Both the position numbers and the translations under genes were made by a program. A DNA stretch of 64,000 nucleotides from an uncultured Bacteriovoracaceae bacterium (GTDB lineage Bacteria; Bdellovibrionota; Bacteriovoracia; Bacteriovoracales; Bacteriovoracaceae), in the NCBI GenBank assembly GCA_964012805.1, contig CAXGUD010000021.1:11572-75571 (forward strand). Direction: 5' to 3'. How positions within the stretch are numbered: the first letter of the stretch is position 1; every line of letters starts with the position of its first letter. Of this stretch, positions 49,778 to 59,038 are shown in pieces. Under the pieces are notes generated by a model. The model was not told the origin of the DNA and ran no database searches. It worked only from the letters and a program-made list of their open reading frames with translations.

Positions 49778-50146
49778 TTACTCTAAAACCTTGCTTGCGG
49801 CTGCCAAAATAAGATCTTCCGTTATAGGCTTTATTATCCAGCATTTTACAAATTTATATTGATAGAGTTCATTCTTTTTTTCCTGATTTGTTTCTGTCGT
49901 TAGCATAATGGTTTTGATTTCTTTTATATTTTCATTTTTCGCAATATTATGGACGACCTCAATTCCACCCATTATTGGCATATTAACATCTAGAATTAAT
50001 AAGTCATAACTCTGATCTTTCTCAAGCAAATGGATGCACTCCTGACCATTTTCCGCAAGGTTTACTTGATAACTTTCTTCGAAATATCTTTGGAGAGATG
50101 ACCTTATAGTCAGAGAATCATCTACAATTAAAACCTTTTTTTTCAT
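49778..50146 (-). CDS. Stand-alone receiver (CheY-like)
   Basis: VLIVDDS, LDVNMPIMGG, LTTE, WIIKP. Confidence 0.92.
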   Translation of the reverse strand: MKKKVLIVDDSLTIRSSLQRYFEESYQVNLAENGQECIHLLEKDQSYDLLILDVNMPIMGGIEVVHNIAKNENIKEIKTIMLTTETNQEKKNELYQYKFVKCWIIKPITEDLILAAASKVLE

Positions 50147-50240
50147 TTATTCTCCATTTTCAAGCATCTTCAAAAAAATTATACTAAATTGTCAAAAAGA
50201 AGCCCACATCTACTTTTTCTTCTTTAATTTCACACTTGTT

Positions 50241-50699
50241 TCATAGAATTTCTTTCTTTTTAACATTAGGATGGCAATAAGCTTGAATATTTCCCATAAG
50301 ACGAAAACAAGCGAAAGAATTCCTAGAACGCATTTTCTTGCAAACTTCCTTCCTCCACCAATAGACATCTTTTACGCTTGAAGGTTCCCTAGAAGGGACT
50401 TTTAAACAAGCTGAACTATCCCCTAAGGAAGAATTTAGGCAGGAACGCATAAAATAATATATTCCTGCATGACAAAGGGAGTTTTTACAATCCTTTAGTC
50501 TAGTCAAAGATTCGGTTATACATTCTTTAGATTTCTTCCCACTTCCAAAGTAATCACCTTGGTAACTCTGAGTCTTCCTATGGGAAATAAGTTTTTTCTG
50601 GGACTGTTTTAGCCATAAATAACCTAACCCAAAGCTAAGACTTGTTAAAGTCCAAAAAACAGCTTGACCTACTAAAATTATTTTAATTTCTTTTTTCAT
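50241..50699 (-). CDS. Membrane-anchored Cys-rich hypothetical protein
   Basis: One N-terminal TM helix and eight Cys in the soluble part. Confidence 0.65.
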   Translation of the reverse strand: MKKEIKIILVGQAVFWTLTSLSFGLGYLWLKQSQKKLISHRKTQSYQGDYFGSGKKSKECITESLTRLKDCKNSLCHAGIYYFMRSCLNSSLGDSSACLKVPSREPSSVKDVYWWRKEVCKKMRSRNSFACFRLMGNIQAYCHPNVKKKEIL

Positions 50700-50910
50700 T
50701 TTATTTCCTAAAGCCTAACTCGGAGAAATAAATTTTCCATTGAGTTTTTTTAGTAGTCTAACTATTTAAAAAAATAAAGATGAAAGAAAGTTTTTCCCCT
50801 TCGATAGAAAATAAAAAAAAACATAGAAGAAATAATTATTTTTACGAGCAGAAGGAAATAGCTATAAAGATATTGGATCGAAACCTGTCTTAAATAAGGA
50901 GAACAGATTA

Positions 50911-51489
50911 ATGAAGCATATTTATATCTCTCTTTTTATAATTATCTTCTCTTATAAAACTTTTGCTGACTGCCGCCTGCCTCTCGTTGGAGATATTCAG
51001 GTGGCCATGAATATAAAAATGACCATTGATAAAAAAGTTGGACCTAAAAGAGGTTATACAGAGTTTATGCCTCTTACAAATACATGGAAAAGATCACCAG
51101 ATGATATAAATAAATTGGTTCAATTTCCGATTGTTCCTCTCTACGTTGTTATCGACATGATGATTGCACCAGTAATTCCATTTGATAATGCTTACAAGTG
51201 GTTTGTAAATAAGGGAGTGGATGCTAAAAGAGCTTGGTATGAAAAAGTTTCTCCAGGCTGGGATAAAAAGTACTTAACAAAAAAAGGACAAATGTTAGGA
51301 CTCATTCTTCAAGCTTATCAAGGTAAAGGGACTCTTCTTTCCAAAGTAAGTAAAAATAGTGGTAGGAGTTTAAAACAGACAGCCAGGCTCATCAAATTGC
51401 ATAATGCTGTCGGCTATAAACTTTGTAGAAACCCTCAAATTACCATTAAGGAGTTTACAAAAATTCTTAAAAAAAGTAGCAAAATCTAA
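50911..51489 (+). CDS. Hypothetical exported protein
   Basis: AAGGAG RBS, signal peptide (TFA-D), 192 aa. Confidence 0.7.
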   Translation: MKHIYISLFIIIFSYKTFADCRLPLVGDIQVAMNIKMTIDKKVGPKRGYTEFMPLTNTWKRSPDDINKLVQFPIVPLYVVIDMMIAPVIPFDNAYKWFVNKGVDAKRAWYEKVSPGWDKKYLTKKGQMLGLILQAYQGKGTLLSKVSKNSGRSLKQTARLIKLHNAVGYKLCRNPQITIKEFTKILKKSSKI

Positions 51490-51552
51490 GGTGGCTACTT
51501 GATCTTTACTCCTATAAAAAACGCTGTAAACTAAAAAAAAAAGCTGTAAATT

Positions 51553-51579
51553 GGGCCCTCATTTTAGGGCCTTTTTTTT
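51553..51579 (+). terminator. Terminator-like hairpin just before the crotonase RBS
   Basis: ggccct-catttt-agggcc followed by T8, then AGGAG. Confidence 0.55.
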
Positions 51580-51590
51580 AGGAGTTTTCT

Positions 51591-52379
51591 ATGCCCGGAG
51601 AGACTATATTAAAAGAGAAAGATGGAAGCCTTTTAATTTTAACCCTCAACAGACCTGATGAAGCAAACGCTCTCAACTATGATCTTGCTAAAGATTTCTA
51701 CGAAACAATGGTTGAGTGTTCAAACGATAAAAGTGTCAGGAGTGTCCTTCTTACGGGAAAAGGGAAAATATTTTGCGGAGGTGGTGATCTTAATTACTTT
51801 CTATCTCACAAAGATGATATGAAAGAAACACTCACACGAATGACTCATCTTATTCACGGTGGAATTGCCCTTATGGCACAAATGGATGCACCTATTGTTA
51901 CCGCAGTCAATGGAACTGCTGGGGGGGGCGGCTTTAGTCTTGCGATCTCCGGAGATATAGTCTACTCCGCAGAGTCAGCAAAATTCACATCAGCCTATAC
52001 AAAAGCAGCTTTATCTCCAGATGCAAGCTCAACTTATTATTTGCCTCGACTGGTAGGACTAAGAAAAGCGAAAGAACTAATGCTCACTAATAGAGTTCTT
52101 TCCGCAAATGAAGCCTTGGAAATAGGTTTAATTGATCAAGTTTTTAGCGATGAAGCACTTATGAAAGAAGCTAAAAAACAGGCAAAAAGGTTTGCTGAAG
52201 GCCCAACAAAAGCCTATGCATCTGTTAAAAAGCTTTTAAATACAACTTTTACAAGTTCCTTAGCGCAACAACTTGAACATGAGGCCTATCATATTGCAAT
52301 GAATGCAAACTCTCGTGATGGAATGGAAGGGATTGATGCATTCACTAAAAAAAGGAAACCTGAGTATACAGGCGAATAA
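51591..52379 (+). CDS. Enoyl-CoA hydratase/isomerase (PaaG-like)
   Basis: LNRPDEANA, FCGGGDL, AVNGTAGGGG, LSPD...YYLPRLVG. Confidence 0.9.
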   Translation: MPGETILKEKDGSLLILTLNRPDEANALNYDLAKDFYETMVECSNDKSVRSVLLTGKGKIFCGGGDLNYFLSHKDDMKETLTRMTHLIHGGIALMAQMDAPIVTAVNGTAGGGGFSLAISGDIVYSAESAKFTSAYTKAALSPDASSTYYLPRLVGLRKAKELMLTNRVLSANEALEIGLIDQVFSDEALMKEAKKQAKRFAEGPTKAYASVKKLLNTTFTSSLAQQLEHEAYHIAMNANSRDGMEGIDAFTKKRKPEYTGE

Positions 52380-52399
52380 AACATAACAAAGGTTTAATA

Positions 52400-53269
52400 T
52401 TGATGACAGAAGAAGAACTTCCCAAACATAGTTGCATGGTTTTTGGAAAAAAAATGAGTTATTACGAAGGTGGAAAGGGTGATCCAATTGTCTTTCTTCA
52501 CGGAAATCCAACGTCTTCCTATTTGTGGCGAAATATTATACCCTACCTGGCGAAAAAAGGACGTTGTTTAGCACCAGATCTAATCGGTATGGGGGACTCT
52601 GAAAAATTAGATAACCCAGACTCATTGAGTTATAGCTTTATAGAACATAGAAAATTTTTAGATGAACTCCTAAAGAAACTTGGTGTAAAAGAAAACGTCA
52701 CTTTTATTTTACATGATTGGGGTTCAGCGCTTGGTTTTGACTGGGCGTATCGGCATCAAAAAGCGATCAAGAGGATCGCCTATATGGAGGCGATCACACT
52801 CCCATATAAATGGGATGATTGGCCTGAGCAATCTCAGAAAGTATTTAAAGGTTTTAGAAGTGAAGCCGGCGAAGAGATGATTCTTCAAAAAAATCTATTT
52901 GTTGAAAAAGTGCTTCCTAAATCCATTATGAGAGATTTAAGTGAAAAGGAAATGGAGGTTTATAGAAAACCTTTTAAAGAAGCCGGCGAGGACAGAAGAC
53001 CAACCCTTTCTTGGCCCCGAAATATCCCCATTGAGGGAATTCCGTCTGATGTCCATTCGATTGTAGAACAATATTCGTTATGGATTAAAGAGACTTCATT
53101 CCCGAAGCTGTTCATTAATGCCAAACCAGGTGCTATTTTAACGGGAAGGCATAGAGAATACTGCAGAACATGGAAAAACCAAAAAGAAGTCACCGTTAAG
53201 GGAATCCACTTTATCCAAGAAGACTCCCCAGAAACAATTGGTGAAGAAATAGCTGCTTGGGTTTCCTGA
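52400..53269 (+). CDS. dhaA: Haloalkane dehalogenase (HLD-II, LinB/DhaA-like)
   Basis: FLHGNPTSSYLWRN, APDLIGMG, LHDWGSALGF, AYME, RRPTLSWPR, HFIQEDSP: complete Asn/Asp/Trp/Glu/His pentad. Confidence 0.92.
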   Translation: MMTEEELPKHSCMVFGKKMSYYEGGKGDPIVFLHGNPTSSYLWRNIIPYLAKKGRCLAPDLIGMGDSEKLDNPDSLSYSFIEHRKFLDELLKKLGVKENVTFILHDWGSALGFDWAYRHQKAIKRIAYMEAITLPYKWDDWPEQSQKVFKGFRSEAGEEMILQKNLFVEKVLPKSIMRDLSEKEMEVYRKPFKEAGEDRRPTLSWPRNIPIEGIPSDVHSIVEQYSLWIKETSFPKLFINAKPGAILTGRHREYCRTWKNQKEVTVKGIHFIQEDSPETIGEEIAAWVS

Positions 53270-53278
53270 ACCACCTTT

Positions 53279-55420
53279 TTATTTGTGAGAATAAAGAGTC
53301 TGAGACCATGGTTTAATTTTGGTCCCTTGGACTTTCAATTTTATCTCGTAAGGAATTTTTGATAGTCTGCCATCAACCATTATCCTTTTTTCAGGGCAAA
53401 TTTTTAAAACCTCTTCTTTCGATAGATATGGACGTTCCTTAATAAGATTATGATAAACTGAGGTCCTACATTTAAAGCGGAGTAATCGGAGGAAAGTTTT
53501 CATAGTAAATTTATTTTCAATAAAACCCTTACCAAAATCTGCATACCCTTTAACAAACTCTTTATAATCACTGTTCCCTTTGGACTCTGCCATTCTCATC
53601 AAACCTTTATAAGCTCTCTTCATGGCCTTTATAATTTTTTTTCTTGTCGTAAAAACACACTCTTTTAAAATTCTCACCTTATGACCGCCTCCACCAACGC
53701 AGATCTCCCTTTTGGCGATGCTATAACCTTTCTCATCTATATATTTATCCTGCCTATATTCTTTCACAAAGGTATCCAGATAAATTGTCGCTTCCTCAAC
53801 CAACTTTTTCTCACCATGAATTTTAGCGATATTCATAAGTTCATCTGTTGCTTTATTCGAAAGAGATAGATCAATTTCAATTTTAAAAGTTTTATTTGTC
53901 CCCTTTGGAATGTTAAGTCCACGAAGTTTGTCCATAAAACCAATCTTATAGCGCACTTGCTTCAACTCTCTTTTTATTTTTTTCTCATTTACTTTATTTC
54001 TTATATAAGAATATTTCCAATTAGCAGCATACCTTCGATGATCACTTTCAGGATCTCCCCCTTCATTTAAAGGCATTACCTGCTGAACAAACCCAGAAAA
54101 AACACTCGCCCTACTGGCATCACGACTTAAAACACCACTCGTTCCGTACTTTTTTGAGTAGATTCCATTTAAAGTTTCTACAACGGTATGCTCATTAATT
54201 TTTTTAAGATCACTGACAACAAAGCTCTTTCCTGATGAATAACCCGCTTTAATAAGCCATGGTATTTTAAAGCCAACTGCCTTAGTTTTAGAAACGGATC
54301 TTTTATCTTCATCTGACACTTTTGTAACCCCGTACTTCCCCTTGCTTTGACTTAAAATATCAGCAACTGATAAATCTCCCTTTAATGCTAAATTATAAGC
54401 TAGGAGGGCCGTTGCACCTTTGAAAGAGAGCTTTTTAACTTTTTGTCCTCTAACCTTTTTATTTATGGAATCTTTTAAACTTCCTAAATAGGATTGATCT
54501 AGCTTTTTAAGGCGAGGGTCATCAAGACTCATTTCTAACTCAATATCCTGTTTTCCCCTATGACCGAGATCAAAAATATAAGTCAATGAATTTGATTTTC
54601 CCCAAACTTTCGTCAAACTAAAATTAGAAAGGAGGTTTCCAACAGACCCTCCTACTTTTTTATCTTTTGCCTTAGCATAGCTGACCTGAACGATGGGTCT
54701 ATTTCCAAATTGCTGGGGTCTTCCAATTGTTGTATTCCAAGTTGTATTAATCCCACCACAAAAACCTGTTCCAGCTAACCAACCGGCCCCCGCCGAAAGA
54801 TTTACTATAAGATTGATATTTTGTTTCCAAGATAAGCTGTCTCCAGGTTTAAGCTGTTTGTTTAACTCCTTAATATTTCCAGGAATACTAGGCCAAGGAA
54901 GCCGCTTTGATTCAGCAAGAGTCTTAACTGTTCTACTTGCAACGAAACCGTTTCCTACATTGAAACCGGCTCCAAGACCTGCACTTAAAAAGAGGTAACC
55001 CCCAGGACCTGCTCCTACCATTCCGACAAGATTTAAACTTTTTGCATGTTGCTCAATGACCCTATAACCTCTCGGGTGAACTGAAGGAAGAAGAATCTCA
55101 TCTTTACCAACAGGCTTAAGTCCATCAACAGTATCCTCTTTTTCATTAAGTTCCTCTAGAGCAAAAACTCTTTTAAACTTTTGATAATTTCCCCCAAAAA
55201 CCGGAAAAAAACCTCCCCCTAACTTATTCCCAACCGCAGGACCTAAAGGTTTATTTCCTTGAAAGTAATCCAGAGGCAGCGGAATTTTATGACCAACACT
55301 TCCGTCAAATCTAATGATAATTGTGGAAGGTGACCATATTTCACCTGCCATGAGGAAAGGACTTACTAAAAAAAATAAAGATGGAATAAGAAAATGAAAA
55401 AGTTTTTTTATTGGGCCCAC
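53279..55420 (-). CDS. Large exported hypothetical protein
   Basis: Signal-like N-terminus, Gly-rich beta-strand-like middle, basic helical C-terminus; 713 aa. Confidence 0.7.
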   Translation of the reverse strand: MGPIKKLFHFLIPSLFFLVSPFLMAGEIWSPSTIIIRFDGSVGHKIPLPLDYFQGNKPLGPAVGNKLGGGFFPVFGGNYQKFKRVFALEELNEKEDTVDGLKPVGKDEILLPSVHPRGYRVIEQHAKSLNLVGMVGAGPGGYLFLSAGLGAGFNVGNGFVASRTVKTLAESKRLPWPSIPGNIKELNKQLKPGDSLSWKQNINLIVNLSAGAGWLAGTGFCGGINTTWNTTIGRPQQFGNRPIVQVSYAKAKDKKVGGSVGNLLSNFSLTKVWGKSNSLTYIFDLGHRGKQDIELEMSLDDPRLKKLDQSYLGSLKDSINKKVRGQKVKKLSFKGATALLAYNLALKGDLSVADILSQSKGKYGVTKVSDEDKRSVSKTKAVGFKIPWLIKAGYSSGKSFVVSDLKKINEHTVVETLNGIYSKKYGTSGVLSRDASRASVFSGFVQQVMPLNEGGDPESDHRRYAANWKYSYIRNKVNEKKIKRELKQVRYKIGFMDKLRGLNIPKGTNKTFKIEIDLSLSNKATDELMNIAKIHGEKKLVEEATIYLDTFVKEYRQDKYIDEKGYSIAKREICVGGGGHKVRILKECVFTTRKKIIKAMKRAYKGLMRMAESKGNSDYKEFVKGYADFGKGFIENKFTMKTFLRLLRFKCRTSVYHNLIKERPYLSKEEVLKICPEKRIMVDGRLSKIPYEIKLKVQGTKIKPWSQTLYSHK

Positions 55421-55825
55421 AGTTTATTCCTTTGGAAAGAGAATTTGTAACCTAGACCATTATAATATCTTTCGAAAAATTTTATTTTTTATTTCCTTTG
55501 TAATTCAAACTTAAAAATATTTTTTTAAACCTTCATTCCAAATTGAATTTAATTTCTTGTATAATTATTTAATTTCAATATTTTTTTTTTAAATTAAAAA
55601 CAATATTTGAAAGCTAAACAATTTTATGGGAATAAAACTCTAAAATTTTGCCTTCAAAGGCTTTCGGTGAAGTTTTTTAATTAACTTATAGAGTTTCAAT
55701 CTAAGAATTTAACTTATTGAAAAGTTAGCAATAGATTAAGTTAGAGTTTTGGAAATGACTTAAAGGTTAGTCTATTCAACTGTTCTTTTTATCGTAGAAG
55801 AATGTTAATGTAAGTTCTTTTCAAT

Positions 55826-56818
55826 TTATTGATAGGCATTTGGATTTTCTTCAATGTGGCTTTGCCCAGGAGGAAAACCAACGTTTTGTGAAAAGCTTTC
55901 TTCATCGTTTAAGAGCTTGGTCATGAGTGAATGAGTTTTTCCCCAATCTTTTTTTAGATCAATTAGAGATTCATCATCAAGAGAAATCCCCTCTAACTCG
56001 AGGCCTCCTAATATTTGTGACGCCTTCTTGAAAAGCTTTTGGAGGTTTTTAGCTTCTTTTGAGTATATTCGCTCTCTGGAACATCTTTCCACAACAGCGT
56101 CGATTCCCTGAGATTTAGCTTCCTTAACAAGACTTCTAACTTCCCTTACAGTTTTATCTTTTATTAGAGGGAGCATGTGCTTTTGATCTTTTTTAGGAAG
56201 CTTAATAACTTCATTGGTATGCCCAATAGATATCTCACCCCTTACTCTTGCTCCTTTTATATCAGGAGACGCTTTCTCGTCCCGCTCAATGGCCTGAAAA
56301 ATCTGGCGGTGACTCATACCCGTTTTTTCACTAACATCTTTAACAAACTTTTGGGACGCCAAAACTTCGACCTCGGGTAAGGCATCTTTTTTACCGTCAC
56401 CTGAACTATCTGGAACAACAGGTTTTTCAGACTCTTCCATCGCTTCAATTTCCCTAGCAACTTCTAATGCCTTTCCCTGCTGTTTATTAAGAAGCTCTGT
56501 ATATAATTCTTTGGCACGCCTCAGATTTGCCTCAAGCTCAACCTTTTCCAAGTCTTTTCTAACAAGATTTTCATCAATCGAGACAAGCTCTCTTTCCAAA
56601 GCATCACCTTTGGACCTTTTGACCCAAACTTTTTCATGACCTAAATTTTTTAGAGCACTATAACGGCGACCACCTGCTAAAAGTAAATTTTCTGAGTCTA
56701 TAACGAGAGGAGATAAAAGACCTAAAGCACCTATGCTTTTTTCTAAATCTGAAACATCAGTATCTAAACGTAGATAAGAATTTTCCACAGAGATGTCACT
56801 TAATTTTACAAATTCCAA
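55826..56818 (-). CDS. ParB/Spo0J-like protein (orphan)
   Basis: LEKSI..LGLLSPLVI..LLAGGRRY.A, DENLVRKDL, HTH-like VSEKTGMSHRQI; AAGGAG RBS with TTG start. Confidence 0.8.
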   Translation of the reverse strand: MEFVKLSDISVENSYLRLDTDVSDLEKSIGALGLLSPLVIDSENLLLAGGRRYSALKNLGHEKVWVKRSKGDALERELVSIDENLVRKDLEKVELEANLRRAKELYTELLNKQQGKALEVAREIEAMEESEKPVVPDSSGDGKKDALPEVEVLASQKFVKDVSEKTGMSHRQIFQAIERDEKASPDIKGARVRGEISIGHTNEVIKLPKKDQKHMLPLIKDKTVREVRSLVKEAKSQGIDAVVERCSRERIYSKEAKNLQKLFKKASQILGGLELEGISLDDESLIDLKKDWGKTHSLMTKLLNDEESFSQNVGFPPGQSHIEENPNAYQ

Positions 56819-57073
56819 AGGGAACTCCTTCTATAGTCTATAATTAAAGGTCCTTTAAGCGGGGTATTTTGGCTTAATTTTCGACAAAGTGGCCAGTTTT
56901 TTTAATTAAAGGCACCGCATTTTTTTACAATAAAGTTGGTTTCCTAGATATATCGAAGCTTTCAATAATTAATTAAGCTTAGCAACAACTCGTAACAAAG
57001 GAATCCAACTTTAAAACACTAGGCCTTCTTAATATTTTCGCTCCACAGAGTGAATGGTTAAAACTAGAAAACA

Positions 57074-57625
57074 TCAAAGGTGTTCATTTTCTTTAACTCT
57101 TACAACTTGTGTCCCGCAAATAACATCATGGAGAACCCTTTTATCTTTTCGAAACATAACCATGGGTAAACTTATAAAGAATAATAAAAACGACACAGAC
57201 TTAAAAACCCACTCCCTAAAAATAACCTGGCCCCAAGATAAATCTATATCAAAATTTTCTCTTACAACCTTGATTTTTAAGACTCTTTTACCTGGAGTTT
57301 GTCCTTTCTTTTTTAAAGGTCTTATTATTATTAAAAAAGAAATTAAAGTGCTCAAAAAAACAGCAATCATCTGAAAATGTGGTGGGATTTTTTCAAAATC
57401 TCCAAAATTTCCTTCCCTACCCAAATGAGTATAAATTGCCAAAATAGTTACGGTTTGATTAATGATAGCCAAAATTAAACCATCCAAACCGAGGGCAAGT
57501 AAGCGAACACCAAACCCTGCAGGAGGGCAAAGTGAATAATCCTCTTCGCTTTTGTGAAACTTTTTGAACTCTTCAGGATCTTTTAGTTCTCTATTTTCCA
57601 CCTTAGGCCTCTTCTTTAAAATCAT
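57074..57625 (-). CDS. RDD-family membrane protein
   Basis: AGFGVRLLALGLD, GQTPGKRVLKIKVV, LHDVICGTQVV. Confidence 0.9.
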   Translation of the reverse strand: MILKKRPKVENRELKDPEEFKKFHKSEEDYSLCPPAGFGVRLLALGLDGLILAIINQTVTILAIYTHLGREGNFGDFEKIPPHFQMIAVFLSTLISFLIIIRPLKKKGQTPGKRVLKIKVVRENFDIDLSWGQVIFREWVFKSVSFLLFFISLPMVMFRKDKRVLHDVICGTQVVRVKENEHL

Positions 57626-58862
57626 CCACCAACTTTGCTTGAATTAAATGTGATAATAAGTTATTTTTTTGTGTTTCTTTTAAAATATTTAATTTTTTTA
57701 ACTCTTCATTACTATGAAGACCGCTTAAAACTCCTTCACAAGTTCTTAAGATATTTTTTGTTCTTTTTGATTCAGGATAATAATCTATAAACAACTGGTA
57801 AAACCTAAGGGCAATACAATAATCTCTTGAGTCTAAAAAGTAATCCCCAAGCTTAATAATTTGCTTTTGTGACAAACCTTTAAAGTAAGGGGTAAAGCCG
57901 AGTGAAAAAGGTATTTTCTTTATTAAAAGGGCACAAAGATCAAATCTTTTTTCACTAATAAACTTCCCAATATATCTTTCGAGGTGATCCATGAAAACTT
58001 GCTTTGTTTTATCATCTAGGCCTCCATGAGACTCATATCTTTCTAATGCTTTTAAAAGGATAAATAACCTGACTTTAAAGTTTATGGGGTTAAACTCTAA
58101 AATATCACTGCAAACCTTTGACTGCTCTTCAAAATCAATAGTTTTTTTGGCGGTCTCAAACTTATCAAGCTCAATTTGATATATAAAAGGCCATTGAATG
58201 GGGTTTGATACGAAGAAAATTGCACTAAATACTATACCTACCCCCATTCCAATAAGATGAGCATCATTTGCTACATTATTGCCGGCCAATAGTTGATTAC
58301 TCACTTCCACTAAAATAAAGAAAAAAGGAAAGCTATAATTCACAGGTAAGACAATTCTCTTCCAGACAATAAAGTAAAATAAAAAGAACTTAATATAATG
58401 TTTAAAAAACAATATAAAAAAACAACCCATTATAGAAAATACATTTGCTGAGGCGCCTAAGAGAAAACTTTCAGGTTTTAAAAAGAAAAAAGTCGATCCA
58501 CTTAATCCAAGAAATCCCCCGATAAGGTAAACAACTAAAAAGTTTGCCGAACCTAACCTTGCCTCAACATAAATTCCAAAACCAATAAGGGCCACCATAT
58601 TTCCAATTAAATGAAGTAAACTACCGTGAGAAAATTGGGCCTTTATTAAAGAGCTAATTGTCATATTACTTTTATTTAAATAATCCTTTTCTTTATAATA
58701 AGAGATGAGCTCTGATAGGTTCTCTTTTTTTACCAATGATTCTATACGGGCAACATCTAGATCTGGCTGTATAAAAAACAAATAGGTATTCAAGACCACA
58801 AATAAAAGTGTCATTAAAGGGAATTTGGGAATTTTTACACCAAGTCCTAAAGGGAATAGCAT
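57603..58862 (-). CDS. Rhomboid intramembrane protease with C-terminal helical/TPR-like domain
   Basis: FSHGSLLHLIGNM, GASA (catalytic Ser), AHLIG (catalytic His). Confidence 0.88.
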   Translation of the reverse strand: MLFPLGLGVKIPKFPLMTLLFVVLNTYLFFIQPDLDVARIESLVKKENLSELISYYKEKDYLNKSNMTISSLIKAQFSHGSLLHLIGNMVALIGFGIYVEARLGSANFLVVYLIGGFLGLSGSTFFFLKPESFLLGASANVFSIMGCFFILFFKHYIKFFLFYFIVWKRIVLPVNYSFPFFFILVEVSNQLLAGNNVANDAHLIGMGVGIVFSAIFFVSNPIQWPFIYQIELDKFETAKKTIDFEEQSKVCSDILEFNPINFKVRLFILLKALERYESHGGLDDKTKQVFMDHLERYIGKFISEKRFDLCALLIKKIPFSLGFTPYFKGLSQKQIIKLGDYFLDSRDYCIALRFYQLFIDYYPESKRTKNILRTCEGVLSGLHSNEELKKLNILKETQKNNLLSHLIQAKLVDDFKEEA

Positions 58863-58869
58863 TCCTGGA

Positions 58870-58897
58870 AAATCGGCTTTTTCCTTTCTTAACTTTA
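58870..58897 (-). promoter_or_regulatory. Sigma28-like promoter upstream of rhomboid
   Basis: Minus strand reads TAAA-N16-GCCGATTT. Confidence 0.6.
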
Positions 58898-59038
58898 AAG
58901 AGGCAGCCTATATAATCTGTTTAAAAGGCTTATTTTAAAAAAGGAGTTTAGTTTTTTTGTTTCCAAACAAAAACTCTTCTTGGACTTATATTCAATAAAG
59001 TTATTTTGATTTTCTTAGATTTTTGCCGTCTATTTACT

